The position numbers were made by a program, and so were the translations under genes. The notes beneath the pieces were generated by a model. It worked only from the letters and a program-made list of their open reading frames with translations. It was not told the DNA's origin and searched no databases. Below, one piece after another: positions 1-9,356 of a DNA stretch of 64,000 bases (within the stretch, counting starts at the first letter, position 1; each line of letters begins with the position of its first letter). This stretch comes from an uncultured Actinomycetes bacterium (GTDB lineage: Bacteria; Actinomycetota; UBA4738; CALAEC01), in contig CAZKFH010000004.1 in the NCBI GenBank assembly GCA_964551945.1, positions 30,435 to 94,434 on the forward strand, read 5' to 3'.

Positions 1-1188
1 CATGTCGTAGACCTCCTCGCGCCGCGCCGACTCCACGTCAATGTCGATGTCGGGGAGGTCCTCGCGCAAGGGGTTCATGAACCGCTCGAACAGCAGGCCG
101 TGGTGGACGGGGTCGACCTCCGAGATGCCGGTCAGGTAGCAGACGAGCGACCCCGCCGCGGAACCGCGTGCGGCCACCCGGATACCCATCCTGCGGATCT
201 CGTCGGTGATGTCGCCGACCGTCAGGAAGAACGCCGAGTACTCCATCTTCCTGATCTCGTCGAGCTCGAAGTCGAGCCGGTCGAGCACCGCGCGCGTGCT
301 CCCCATCCTGCGGCGGTTCAGCCCGCTGTGACATCGCTCGGCGAGCAGCGACGTGGCGCTTCGGCCGGGCGGGGTCGGGAAGTCGGGGAAGTGCGCGCCG
401 CCGAGGGCGAGGTCGAACGTGCACGACTCGGCGATCCGCACCGCGTTGTCGCAGAGGTCGAGACGCTCGGCGAACACCGCGCGCATCTCGGCCGCCGGCT
501 TCAGATAGCCCTCGGCGTTGCGGCGGCTCACGTGGTGCTCGGCGACCGGCGTGATCTCCCGCATGCACTCCACCGCGTCGGCGAGGAACGCATCGTCCCG
601 CACCAGATGGCGCACCGCGTTCGTGGCAACCGCGGGCAGGTCGGCCTCCTCCGCGAGCCGCAGCATCCTCCGCACTTCGCCCGCACTCCCCGGCTCGAGC
701 AGGTCGCGCACCTCGACGAAGCACCATGGCGCGAACGCTTCTTGCCAGGGCCGCGCCAGCTCTCGCGACGCGCCGGGGCGACCGATCCGCGCCGCGGCAC
801 CCGGAGGGGATTCGCCTCCCAGCAGGCACACCAGTCCCCCGGCTCGCTCCATCACCTCGCGCGGCGAGAGCCACGGATCACCCCGCTCCCCGCGGGCATG
901 CGCCGAGCTGATCAGGCGGCAGAGGTTCGCGTACCCCGCTGCGTCTCGCGCGAGCAGGATCACGCGGCCCGCACGATCGGAGCCGAGCGTGAGCTGCGCG
1001 CCGAGGATCGGCCTCACCCCGACCCGCGTGCAGGCGTCGGTGAACCGGACCGCGCCGAGCAGCGTGTCGCGATCGGTCATCGCCACCGCGGACATGCCGA
1101 GCTCCGCGGCCCGCTGGGCGAGCTCCTCGGGCGAGAACGCGCCGTCCTTCAGGGAGAAGTAGGACCGGCAATGCAGATGCGTGAACAC
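1..1188 (-). CDS. dnaE2: Error-prone DNA polymerase, Pol III alpha family (DnaE2/ImuC-like); partial, 3' end runs off the window
   Basis: Reverse-strand frame (not in the ORF track because it is truncated at the edge) reads VFTHLHCRSYFSLKDGAFSPEELAQRAAELGMSAVAMTDRDTLLGAVRF... (PHP-domain N-terminus) and ...DLPDIDIDVESARREEVYD at the window edge (Pol III alpha palm motif). GTG start at 1188..1186 preceded by AGGAGGGG Shine-Dalgarno. LexA box immediately upstream. Confidence 0.8.
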   Translation of the reverse strand, partial: MFTHLHCRSYFSLKDGAFSPEELAQRAAELGMSAVAMTDRDTLLGAVRFTDACTRVGVRPILGAQLTLGSDRAGRVILLARDAAGYANLCRLISSAHARGERGDPWLSPREVMERAGGLVCLLGGESPPGAAARIGRPGASRELARPWQEAFAPWCFVEVRDLLEPGSAGEVRRMLRLAEEADLPAVATNAVRHLVRDDAFLADAVECMREITPVAEHHVSRRNAEGYLKPAAEMRAVFAERLDLCDNAVRIAESCTFDLALGGAHFPDFPTPPGRSATSLLAERCHSGLNRRRMGSTRAVLDRLDFELDEIRKMEYSAFFLTVGDITDEIRRMGIRVAARGSAAGSLVCYLTGISEVDPVHHGLLFERFMNPLREDLPDIDIDVESARREEVYDM

Positions 1189-1199
1189 GGCCCCTCCTC

Positions 1200-1215
1200 T
1201 CGAACATATGTTCGA
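1200..1215. promoter_or_regulatory. LexA (SOS) operator, Gram-positive/actinobacterial Cheo-box type TCGAAC-N4-GTTCGA, upstream of dnaE2
   Basis: Perfect 16-bp palindrome TCGAACATATGTTCGA 12 nt upstream of the dnaE2 GTG start. dnaE2 is a canonical LexA-regulon member in actinobacteria. Confidence 0.7.
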
Positions 1216-1268
1216 TGCCCTGGGGACAGGCTACGCCCGGGGGGTGACACCGCGCAAGGGAGGGTGGC

Positions 1269-1919
1269 TCAGGTGCCGGTGAGGCAGCCGGTCAGCTCAG
1301 GGCCGAGGCCGGGGAAGCTGAAGACCTTCTCCTCGGTCTCCGGGTCGCGGCCGGTCACGAAGTCGTACGGGATGCCCGCCCACTTCCCGGGCAGCTCGGG
1401 GTACCGCACCCGCTTCTCGTCCTCGCCCTCGTACTGGAAGCCGATCCAGTCCGGGGATGTGAACCCCTCACTGTCGTAGGGCGCGACCGCCACGACCGCC
1501 GAGCCGAACGCCCGCTCCTCGATCAGCCACCGACCTCGGAACGAGCGCTGCCCCTGGAGCCCCGCCTTCACGTACCAGCGGTCGACCCGCAGCAGGTAGC
1601 CCTTCGTGGACGGCGGGGACTCCGGCCCCTCGAAGTACCGGATCTCCTCCACGTCGAACTCGCCGTCCACCTTCATCGTGCGGCGGATGACGTGGAACGG
1701 AAGCTCGCGCTGCTCCGGCTCCGTCGGATCGATCCAGCCGCTCACGCAGGCCTCCGTGGCGGTCGGTGCCTCCCCGCCCTCGTCCATGGGCGACGCCTCG
1801 GCGGACGGGGATTGACGTGTCGGCGACGTCTGCGCGTCGGGCTCAGGCGCATCCCCGTTGCACGCCGAGAGGGCGACGAGCAACAGACACGCTGCGACGG
1901 TGGCGGAGGAGGTCATCAT
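1269..1919 (-). CDS. Hypothetical secreted lipoprotein
   Basis: 216-aa ORF; N-terminal signal peptide with lipobox (LVALSAC); acidic, Pro-rich mature N-terminus; no recognised catalytic motif. Confidence 0.5.
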   Translation of the reverse strand: MMTSSATVAACLLLVALSACNGDAPEPDAQTSPTRQSPSAEASPMDEGGEAPTATEACVSGWIDPTEPEQRELPFHVIRRTMKVDGEFDVEEIRYFEGPESPPSTKGYLLRVDRWYVKAGLQGQRSFRGRWLIEERAFGSAVVAVAPYDSEGFTSPDWIGFQYEGEDEKRVRYPELPGKWAGIPYDFVTGRDPETEEKVFSFPGLGPELTGCLTGT

Positions 1920-1962
1920 GCGTAAACGAATCGGGTCAGTATATTGAGCACCTCGACCGCTG

Positions 1963-3393
1963 ATGTATCACCCATCCAGGATCACTCGCCGTGAGTTCAT
2001 GTCACGCTCGGCCGCTGCGGCCGCGGGCGTGTTCCTGAGCGCGTGCACCGGGACGAAGCTCTCGACGACCCCAACGCCCCGTCCGACCTTCGGCATCGAT
2101 CCCACCACGCTCGATACGCAGTGGCCGATCAAGCGGGTCGTCTACCTGATGCTGGAGAACCGGAGCTTCGACAACCTGTTCGGGCGGTTCCCCGGCGCGA
2201 ACGGCATCCCGGGTCCTGACGGGACCGGGCAGGGCATCCGCTGGGGAAACGAGGTAGACATGGTCCCCTGCCCCGAGTGGCTGCCGGGCGATATGCCCCA
2301 CGATCTGACCGCCTGGCTCGACTCCTACAACGGCGGCGCCATGGATGGCTTCGCGCAAGGCGAGTACGGCCCGTACTACGCGTACTCCTCGTTCCCCGAG
2401 CACGAGATCCCCACCTGGTTCCACTGGGCGAAGAACAACGTGCTCTGCGACAACTTCTTCGCGTCGGCGGCCGGTCCCTCGTACGCGAACCATCTGTGGT
2501 GGATCGCGGGTGACGGCGGCGGCGTCATCGACAATCCCGAGAACATCCAGGTGCAGCGGGTGCCCGACCCGAGTGGGAGCGAGGATCCGCTGATCTTCAA
2601 GTCATGGGGCTGCGATGCCTACGGCGACAACGTTTTCGTCCTGGTTAAGGACGAGGTCGGGAACGTGTCCAAGCACACCACCTGCTTCCGACTGCCCACC
2701 GTGGGCGAGCAGCTATCGGAGAAGGACATCGACTGGGCCTCGTACTCCGGCAACCCGTACCAGGCCGGCTACATCTGGCAGGGGTACTCGGCGATCGACC
2801 AGGTCTTCCACGACAAGGACATGTGGGACGAGCACATCTGGCCGGTCGACGATCTCTTCCGCGACATCGAGGCGGGAGCCCTCCCGTCCGTCACCTGGGC
2901 GACGCCACGGTTCCAGCTCTCCGACCACCCACCCTTCTCGACGAAGCACGCGATGAACTGGGTGACCGACATCGTCAACAAGATCATGGAAGGCCCGATG
3001 TGGGAGCACACCGCGATCTTCATCACGTGGGACGAGTGGGGTGGCCTCTACGACCACGTCACGCCGCCGAAGCTCGATGCGTGGGACGTGGGCTTCCGCG
3101 TGCCGATGCTCGTGATCTCGCCGTATGCGAGGAAGGGCTACATCGATGACGCCGTCGGAGAGTTCAGCTCCCCCCTGCGGTTCATCTCCGACAACTGGGG
3201 GCTCCCCCACCTGACGAAGAGGATCGAGCAGTCACACAACTTCGAGCACGTCTTCGACTTCTCCAAGAAGCCGCGGCCCCCCGACCCTCGACCGAAGGTC
3301 AAGGCGACGAACGCGTACCACGATTTCCCCGAGGAGTTCCCCGAGTGGCCGCCCGAGCTGGAGCCCGAGCCGCCGAAGATCCGCTTCCCCTAG
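1963..3393 (+). CDS. Phospholipase C / acid-phosphatase family phosphoesterase (PF04185-like), Tat-exported lipoprotein
   Basis: 476 aa; twin-arginine motif (TRREFM) plus lipobox (FLSAC); hallmark ENRSFDNLFG motif of the non-haemolytic PLC/AcpA phosphoesterase family. Confidence 0.8.
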   Translation: MYHPSRITRREFMSRSAAAAAGVFLSACTGTKLSTTPTPRPTFGIDPTTLDTQWPIKRVVYLMLENRSFDNLFGRFPGANGIPGPDGTGQGIRWGNEVDMVPCPEWLPGDMPHDLTAWLDSYNGGAMDGFAQGEYGPYYAYSSFPEHEIPTWFHWAKNNVLCDNFFASAAGPSYANHLWWIAGDGGGVIDNPENIQVQRVPDPSGSEDPLIFKSWGCDAYGDNVFVLVKDEVGNVSKHTTCFRLPTVGEQLSEKDIDWASYSGNPYQAGYIWQGYSAIDQVFHDKDMWDEHIWPVDDLFRDIEAGALPSVTWATPRFQLSDHPPFSTKHAMNWVTDIVNKIMEGPMWEHTAIFITWDEWGGLYDHVTPPKLDAWDVGFRVPMLVISPYARKGYIDDAVGEFSSPLRFISDNWGLPHLTKRIEQSHNFEHVFDFSKKPRPPDPRPKVKATNAYHDFPEEFPEWPPELEPEPPKIRFP

Positions 3394-4754
3394 ACCGCCA
3401 GCTCCTCCGCGCTGCGCTTGATGATCTCGAGCGCTTCGTCGATACGGTCTCGATGCGTGCGGTGGCTGACGATGCAGGCCCGGATCGCGAACCGCCCCTC
3501 GATCATCGTGCTCGACAGGAACACCCGTCTCGACGCGTTGATCCTCTCGAGCAAACGGCGAGTGGGATCGTCGGCGTCGCCCGACCCGGAGTTGTAGCGG
3601 AACGCCACGACCGTGAGGTCCGGCTCACCGAGGAGCTCGATGTTCGGAGTCTCGAGCAGCCCTTCGTACAGCACCCGGGTGAGGTCGAGCTTCTCGTCCA
3701 GGGCCGTCCGGAACGCGTCGAGCCCGTGCAGCTTGAGCGGGAGCCAGATCCGGAGCCCTCGGAAGTCCCGCGACAGCTCCGGCGAGTAGTCGGAGAAGTT
3801 CGGGATCTCGTCCTCGGCGGCCAGGTCCTGGAGATAGGAGGCCTGCACCTGATGGGCGTGTCGGAGCAGGACGCGGTCGCGCACGAGCAGGCATCCCGTG
3901 CCGTACGGCAGGAACATCGCCTTGTGCGGGTCGAGCGTGATGGAGTCCGCGCGTTCGATCCCGCGGAACGCGACGCGTCCGCGCTCCGTGAGCTGGAAGA
4001 ACCCACCGTAGGCGGCGTCCACGTGGAGCCAGAGCTGCTCCCGCTCCGCAACGTTCGCGAGCTCGTCGATCGGGTCCACGGCTCCGGTGTTCGTCGTGCC
4101 CGCGTTCGCGATCACGCAGAAGGGCTGGTACCCATCGGCCCGGTCTCGCGCGAGCGCGTCTCCCAGTACGGCCGGGCGGATGCGGAGCCGCTCATCCGTC
4201 GGAAGGGCCCGAACGTTCCCGGGAGGGAACCCGGCGAGCATCGCCGCCTTCGCGACCGATGCGTGCGTCTGGTCGCTCGCGTAGATCGTGCCGCGGAGGA
4301 AGTCCTCGGGGAGCTTGGCCCGACGAGCCGTGACGAGTGCCGAGAAGTTCGCCATCGACCCGCCCGACGTCAGGATGCCGCCGGACTCCGGAGGGAGACC
4401 GAACATGCCGCCGATCCACTCGATCACGGTCGCCTCGATCTGCACGAATGCCGGCGCGGGGCTCCAGAGGTTGACGAACCGGTTCACGCAGGTGGCCACG
4501 AAGTCCGCCAGCGCGGCCGAGAAGAGGCCGCCACCGGGGATGTACGCGAGGTACCCGGGACCCGCGGTCTCGAAGCCGTACGTGGCGGCCTCCCGGACGG
4601 TGGCGAGCAGGCCCTCGAAGTCCGTCTCCCCGCGTTCGGGGACCGGCTCACGGAGGGTGCGCGCGAACGGCAGCGCGTTGTCGACGTTCGAGGCGGGCGC
4701 GTCCGGCAGGCCCTCGAGGAACTCGATGAGATAGGAGAGGACCGCCTCCCCCAT
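3390..4754 (-). CDS. PLP-dependent group II amino-acid decarboxylase (aromatic-L-amino-acid / diaminobutyrate / aspartate decarboxylase family)
   Basis: 3' part of the listed 651-aa ORF; true start ATG (MGEAVLSY...) at 4754. Contains the DPHKAMFLPYGTGCLLV PLP-lysine region and the ...SGGSMANFSAL... motif typical of group II decarboxylases. 4-nt overlap with the upstream PLC stop region. Confidence 0.8.
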   Translation of the reverse strand: MGEAVLSYLIEFLEGLPDAPASNVDNALPFARTLREPVPERGETDFEGLLATVREAATYGFETAGPGYLAYIPGGGLFSAALADFVATCVNRFVNLWSPAPAFVQIEATVIEWIGGMFGLPPESGGILTSGGSMANFSALVTARRAKLPEDFLRGTIYASDQTHASVAKAAMLAGFPPGNVRALPTDERLRIRPAVLGDALARDRADGYQPFCVIANAGTTNTGAVDPIDELANVAEREQLWLHVDAAYGGFFQLTERGRVAFRGIERADSITLDPHKAMFLPYGTGCLLVRDRVLLRHAHQVQASYLQDLAAEDEIPNFSDYSPELSRDFRGLRIWLPLKLHGLDAFRTALDEKLDLTRVLYEGLLETPNIELLGEPDLTVVAFRYNSGSGDADDPTRRLLERINASRRVFLSSTMIEGRFAIRACIVSHRTHRDRIDEALEIIKRSAEELAV

Positions 4755-4839
4755 CGCTCGCTTCTCAGTGGCCGTGGGCTCGAGGGCGAACCCGTCGGTC
4801 GAGGGAGGCGTCACGGACGGCGATTCTAGCGGCGGCCGG

Positions 4840-6138
4840 CTAGCCGAAGCGGCCCGGAGAGCCGGCCCACGAGACCCCGGTTGGAACCTCCGCGAGCTCG
4901 TGGAGCTTCTCGAGGTGCGGCAGCGCGAGCTCCACGTCTCCCGCAGTCGGCTGCGCGGTCGCCAGAGCGGTCGCCCAACGCTCCGTCGCCCAGCGGACCG
5001 GGTCCCGCAGCAGTGACAGGGTCGCCTCGATCGCGTTCCGGTACGCATGGGCGGTGAGCTGGTCCGCCTGCAGTCGCTGCGACGCCTCTCGAGCGCGCGC
5101 CCCGATCCGCTCCCGCGCCGACGGATCGGCCCGCAGACGGCTGAGCGCATCCGCGAGCTCGAGGGCATCCGGTTCCCCCGCCGGGATGCGAACGACCGTA
5201 TCCTCGGGCGCGTCGAGGTACGAGCCCACCGCCTGAACGACCGTGGGCTTGCCGGCAGCCATCGCCCGCACCAGCGTGCCACTGACCTCGCCTCGGTGCG
5301 GATGGCGGAGGTTGACGACCACATCCACGGCATGCAGCCACGCATAGAAGTCGCGCTCCGAGGCGTCCCCCAGGACGGTCACTCGGTCCTGGACGCGGCT
5401 GTCCGCGACGAGCGCATCGATGTCGTAGCCGGGGATGCGTCTGCCCACGATCGCGACTCGGACGTCGCCCTCCAGATGAGAGACGGCGTCGAGCACCGCG
5501 TCGATCCCCTTCGAGCTGCCAATGTCCCCGAGTACGCCGATCACGAACGCATCGCCGAGTCCCTCGCTGATCTCTCGCGCTCGCTTGGGGGCGCGGCGCG
5601 CCGAGCGGGGTGGCGCGATGACCGGGTGCGGCACGACGTGGACCGGAGTCCGGGAGCCGATCGCCTCCATGTACTCGGCTCCGAAGGCCGAGTGCACCAT
5701 CACGCCGCGCGATCTGCGGACAAGGTGCGCGCACCAGGGCGTCTCGAGTGGCCCCTGGATCTCCGGCCGGGTCTCGTAGAGGCGAAGCCGGGCGGGCTCT
5801 GCTTCGGCGACCGCTCGCATGCCCAGGGGGTCTCCCGTATCGCGGAACCACCTCACCAGGTCGTCGATCGCCAGGTCGTGGAGCATCAACAGGCCGGGGT
5901 GGCGGATCGCGAGGCGGTAGATCTCGCCGTGGAACTCCGCGTTGTTGCCCACGTGATACACGGCCAGGTCCGCGGACGCGACCGTCTCGTCGACCCGGGG
6001 GTCGAGCGGCCACAGCACATCGATCCGGTGGCGCTTGTGGAATCCGATCTCCTTCAGCGACGCGAGGACCTGTTCGGAGTACGTCGCGATGCCCGAGCGC
6101 GCGGGCGGCATCGGTGAGAGGTAGGCGATGCGCGCCAT
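4840..6138 (-). CDS. Glycosyltransferase family 4 (GT-B, retaining)
   Basis: Start MARIAYLSPMPPARSGIATYS (GT4 N-terminal Gly-rich loop); C-terminal half has the GT4 EX7E-like region (...RGEVSGTLVRAMAAGKPTVV...). Same strand and operon as the decarboxylase. Confidence 0.75.
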   Translation of the reverse strand: MARIAYLSPMPPARSGIATYSEQVLASLKEIGFHKRHRIDVLWPLDPRVDETVASADLAVYHVGNNAEFHGEIYRLAIRHPGLLMLHDLAIDDLVRWFRDTGDPLGMRAVAEAEPARLRLYETRPEIQGPLETPWCAHLVRRSRGVMVHSAFGAEYMEAIGSRTPVHVVPHPVIAPPRSARRAPKRAREISEGLGDAFVIGVLGDIGSSKGIDAVLDAVSHLEGDVRVAIVGRRIPGYDIDALVADSRVQDRVTVLGDASERDFYAWLHAVDVVVNLRHPHRGEVSGTLVRAMAAGKPTVVQAVGSYLDAPEDTVVRIPAGEPDALELADALSRLRADPSARERIGARAREASQRLQADQLTAHAYRNAIEATLSLLRDPVRWATERWATALATAQPTAGDVELALPHLEKLHELAEVPTGVSWAGSPGRFG

Positions 6139-6145
6139 CAGCCCA

Positions 6146-7195
6146 TCAGCCCAGGAGTCGCGCGACGACCTCGGGCCACGGCGGCACGACCTCGCGCAGC
6201 AGCTTGTGCCCCGCTTCGCCCATCGCGCGCGCGACATCGGGATCGTTGGCGAGCGCGTCGATCGAGCCGGCGATCTCGCGAGGCTTCGGCGCCGCGACGA
6301 TGCCGTTCTCCCCGTCGCGGACGAGCTCGAGCGGACCGCCGCTGTCGGTGAGCGTGATCACGGGCTTGTGCGCCGCCATCGCCTCGAGCGTCACGTAGCC
6401 GTAGTCCTCGTCGAACGGTCCGTAGTAGACACCGAGCGCGTTCCGGTAGAGCTCGATCAGCCGCTCGTCAGTGACACCGCCCTCGAGCGTCACACGGTCG
6501 CTCAACCCCCGTTGGTCGATCAGCCTGCGGAGCTTCGGCTCGTCGGAGCCCGAGCCGACGAGCACCAAACGCACGCCGCCGTGCACGTGCCGCATGGACT
6601 CCGCGACCAGCGCCTGTCGCTTGAGCGGCTCGAGGCGGCTCGGGAACAGCACGTAGTCGCCGGTCTCGCCGGGCTCTGTCTCCAGCAACTTCTCGGTAAG
6701 GGGCGAGCGGTGGTAGAGCGCCTCGGCCGACATCCCGAGACTCTCGCGCAGACGGTCCCGCACGTTGACGGAGTTCGTGAAGATGCGCCGCGCCTCGGCG
6801 AGCCCCGCCCGGTCGGCCTTCCAGATGAGCTCGCGGACCCGCTCACCCTCGGGATACATCGCGAGGTCGCCGAAGACCGGGTGGCTCCAGAGCTCGTACG
6901 CCGCGCGGTGCTGATGGATCAGCCACACGACCTTCCGAGGATGGCGAACGAGGTACGCGGGGAACTTCAGCGCGATGACCATGTCGATCGGCATGCCGTT
7001 CGCCTCGGTCAGATCGAGGCTGCGCCAGAGCGCCATCTGATGGACGAGCTCCGGCGGCGGATACCACTTGAATGGGATCGGCAGGATGTCCACGTCGTGA
7101 CCTGCCTCGCGCAGCGCGCCGGCGAGCCCTTCCGTGTGGAACTCGCCGCCCCCGCGCGAGAACGGGGTCTGCGGGTGGCAGATGGCGATCCTCAT
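6146..7195 (-). CDS. Glycosyltransferase family 4
   Basis: 349 aa starting MRIAICHPQTPFSRGGGEFHTEGLAGALREAGHDV (PimA/MshA-like N-terminus); C-terminal ...EDYGYVTLEAMAAHKPVI... GT4 motif. 7-nt gap to the next GT4. Confidence 0.75.
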   Translation of the reverse strand: MRIAICHPQTPFSRGGGEFHTEGLAGALREAGHDVDILPIPFKWYPPPELVHQMALWRSLDLTEANGMPIDMVIALKFPAYLVRHPRKVVWLIHQHRAAYELWSHPVFGDLAMYPEGERVRELIWKADRAGLAEARRIFTNSVNVRDRLRESLGMSAEALYHRSPLTEKLLETEPGETGDYVLFPSRLEPLKRQALVAESMRHVHGGVRLVLVGSGSDEPKLRRLIDQRGLSDRVTLEGGVTDERLIELYRNALGVYYGPFDEDYGYVTLEAMAAHKPVITLTDSGGPLELVRDGENGIVAAPKPREIAGSIDALANDPDVARAMGEAGHKLLREVVPPWPEVVARLLG

Positions 7196-7632
7196 AGGGT
7201 CCGCTCGCGCTCCGACTGCAGCTCCCGGAGGCGGCGCGACATGAGCGCGATCTCCTCCTCCTGGCGGCGAAGATCGTCCTCCGCGCGCGCGAGGCGGTCG
7301 GCGAGGCCCACCCCGATCGACGCGAGCTCCGCCGTGATCCGATCGTACCTGCGGCTGATCGGCCGCAGCATGCGGAACAGCGCGATCTTCAGCCGCCGCT
7401 TGATGCCCGAGCCGCCGGTGAGCAAGGGATCTCCCCACGGGGCGGCCTGTCCCCACTGCCGGTGGAGCGTCTCCGCGATCTCCTCGAGCCGCGCGCGCAG
7501 CTCCGCGGTCGGCGTGAGGGAGGCGGACTCGTCGCCCTGCACCCAGTACAGCTCGCGCTCCAGCGCCTCCTTGGGCTCCTCGCGCTTCTCGTCGCTCACG
7601 TTGCGATGATAGGTCGCCCGAGCCCCGGACAT
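7192..7632 (-). CDS. Hypothetical coiled-coil protein (start uncertain)
   Basis: 146-aa ORF rich in R/E/L heptads (RLRELQSERERTL); ATGA overlap with the downstream GT4 start indicates translational coupling. Real start may be internal, since only 8 nt separate it from the divergent gene. Confidence 0.4.
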   Translation of the reverse strand: MSGARATYHRNVSDEKREEPKEALERELYWVQGDESASLTPTAELRARLEEIAETLHRQWGQAAPWGDPLLTGGSGIKRRLKIALFRMLRPISRRYDRITAELASIGVGLADRLARAEDDLRRQEEEIALMSRRLRELQSERERTL

Positions 7633-7640
7633 GCTGGAAT

Positions 7641-9356
7641 TTGTTGATACGGTTCCGCCGTATGTCCTTCCGAAAATCCCTGCGAGGCCTCGTCGTGCTC
7701 ATGCTGCTGGCTTCGGCTTGCAACGGTGACGATGGTCCCCCGGTCGAGACGCCCACCTCGGCGGCACCCACGACCACGGGCGGCACCACCGCGCCTCCCG
7801 AGGGGTTCGCGGAGGAGGTCGCGTGCGGCCTCCCGCCCCAGTGGCTTGCGCGCATCTGGCGCGGGTACCACCCGGAGCGCAGCGCGGACATCCAGATCCT
7901 GCCGAAGGTCCCGAACTTCATCGGCGCGGCACTGCCTCACGTCGGGCCGTGGGACTTCACCTCGGACGTCCCGATGTTCTGGTACGGCCCCGGCTACATC
8001 AAGCCGATCGGGCCGGTGCAGGAGCCCGTGACGTCGGCCGACATCACCGCGACGTTCGACCATCTGCTCGATTCGTCGTTCGAGCCCGTCGACGGGGAGC
8101 CGATGCTGGACGCGCTCGTCCCCGCCGAGGAGCGTCCGGAACCGCCCCGGCTCATCCTCGAGATGATCTGGGACGGAGCGGGTCGCAACGTGCTGACGCA
8201 GTGGCCCGACGCCTGGCCGAACCTCGCGGAGCTGCGTCCGCAGGGCGCGTGGTACGAGCACGCGACCGTCGGCTCCTCGCCGACCTCGTCCGCGCAGATC
8301 CACGCGACGATCGGGACCGGCGCCTTCCCGCGGAACCACGGCGTCGTCGGGCACAGCATCCGTATCGACGGAGAGATCGTCTCGCCGTGGAAGGACGGAG
8401 CGCGCGAGCTGCTCGTCGAGACGTTCGCCGATCACTTCGACCTCGAGCACGACAACGAGCCGATCGTCGGCGAGTCGGGCACCGTGCCGATCCAGCTGGG
8501 AATGATGAGCCGCGGCGCCCTCGCCGAGGGCGGCGACAAGGACATCGCGGTGCTCCGCACGCCGGGGAACGCCGAGACGCTCGGCGCGGAGGGCGTGGCC
8601 TGGAACCTCCCCGAGGGGTTCGACCAGTGGTACCGGTACGTGCCGTACGCGAACGACCTGCCAGAGCTCCCCACGTACTTCGACGACGTCGAGCTCGACG
8701 CGGGAGACGGCAAGCGCGACGGATTGTGGCACGGGCGAGCGTTCGAACAGTCGGACGAGCTTCTCGACGGGTTCCACACGCCGGCGCGCGTCCCGTATCA
8801 GACGCGGCTGGTCGAGGAGATGATCACGCGCGAGGGGTTCGGTGCGGACGAGACGACCGACCTCTTCTACATCAACTACAAGCTGATCGACGCGCTCGGG
8901 CACCTGTTCGGTATCCAGGACCCGGCGATCGGTGACGCGGTGCGCGCCCAGGACGACTCGCTGTCGCGGCTGATCGCGTTCCTCAACGAGCAGGTCGGCG
9001 AGAACCGCTGGGTGCTCCTGGTCACCGCCGACCACGGGTCGCTGGAGTCCACGCAGACGAGCGGGGCGTTCAATATCTCCGGCGAGGCGGTCAGCTCGGC
9101 GATCCAGGCGCGCTTCGACGAGGACGGGGACGAGGTCCCGGTGATCGAGCAGGTCAAGCAGACGGAGATCTTCATGAATATCTCGGAACTCGAGGAGCAG
9201 GGCCACACGCTGGAGGATGTGTCACGGTTCATCATGGATCTTCGGCAGCAGGATGTGCCGTTCCCCGGCTTCGAGGTGCCGTCACCGAACGAGAAGGTCT
9301 TCCAGGCCGCGTTCCCGGCCGAGGCACTCGAGTCGCTGCCGTGCCTCCAGGCCTAG
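7641..9356 (+). CDS. Type I phosphodiesterase / nucleotide pyrophosphatase-like (alkaline phosphatase superfamily) lipoprotein, paralog 1
   Basis: Signal peptide plus lipobox (LLASAC; alternative ATG start at 7662). Motifs LILEMIWDGAGRNVL (metal-binding Asp), GSSPTSSAQIHATIGTGAFPRNHG (NPP-type Thr nucleophile block, compare PT.T.PNH...TG..P..HGI) and C-terminal TADHGS. Confidence 0.75.
   Translation: MLIRFRRMSFRKSLRGLVVLMLLASACNGDDGPPVETPTSAAPTTTGGTTAPPEGFAEEVACGLPPQWLARIWRGYHPERSADIQILPKVPNFIGAALPHVGPWDFTSDVPMFWYGPGYIKPIGPVQEPVTSADITATFDHLLDSSFEPVDGEPMLDALVPAEERPEPPRLILEMIWDGAGRNVLTQWPDAWPNLAELRPQGAWYEHATVGSSPTSSAQIHATIGTGAFPRNHGVVGHSIRIDGEIVSPWKDGARELLVETFADHFDLEHDNEPIVGESGTVPIQLGMMSRGALAEGGDKDIAVLRTPGNAETLGAEGVAWNLPEGFDQWYRYVPYANDLPELPTYFDDVELDAGDGKRDGLWHGRAFEQSDELLDGFHTPARVPYQTRLVEEMITREGFGADETTDLFYINYKLIDALGHLFGIQDPAIGDAVRAQDDSLSRLIAFLNEQVGENRWVLLVTADHGSLESTQTSGAFNISGEAVSSAIQARFDEDGDEVPVIEQVKQTEIFMNISELEEQGHTLEDVSRFIMDLRQQDVPFPGFEVPSPNEKVFQAAFPAEALESLPCLQA

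Noticed and set aside
100-1479. 459-aa plus-strand ORF (and 518..1162, 528..800) overlapping the dnaE2 region
   Set aside because: Arg/Ala/Gly-rich low-complexity translations typical of antisense frames in high-GC DNA. The minus strand encodes clear Pol III alpha motifs.
4201-4240. GAACGTTC and GAACCGGTTC palindromes at ~4215 and ~4463 resembling half LexA boxes
   Set aside because: Spacer length 0 or 2 rather than 4, and both are inside coding sequence. Not counted as Cheo boxes.
3345-4829. 494-aa plus-strand ORF antisense to the decarboxylase
   Set aside because: No motifs, extreme R/E/G composition; the opposite strand carries the PLP-decarboxylase signature.
7596-9206. 536-aa minus ORF and 7823..8935 plus ORF across phosphodiesterase paralog 1
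   Set aside because: Alternate-frame artefacts; only the 7641..9356 frame shows signal peptide plus conserved catalytic blocks shared by four paralogs.
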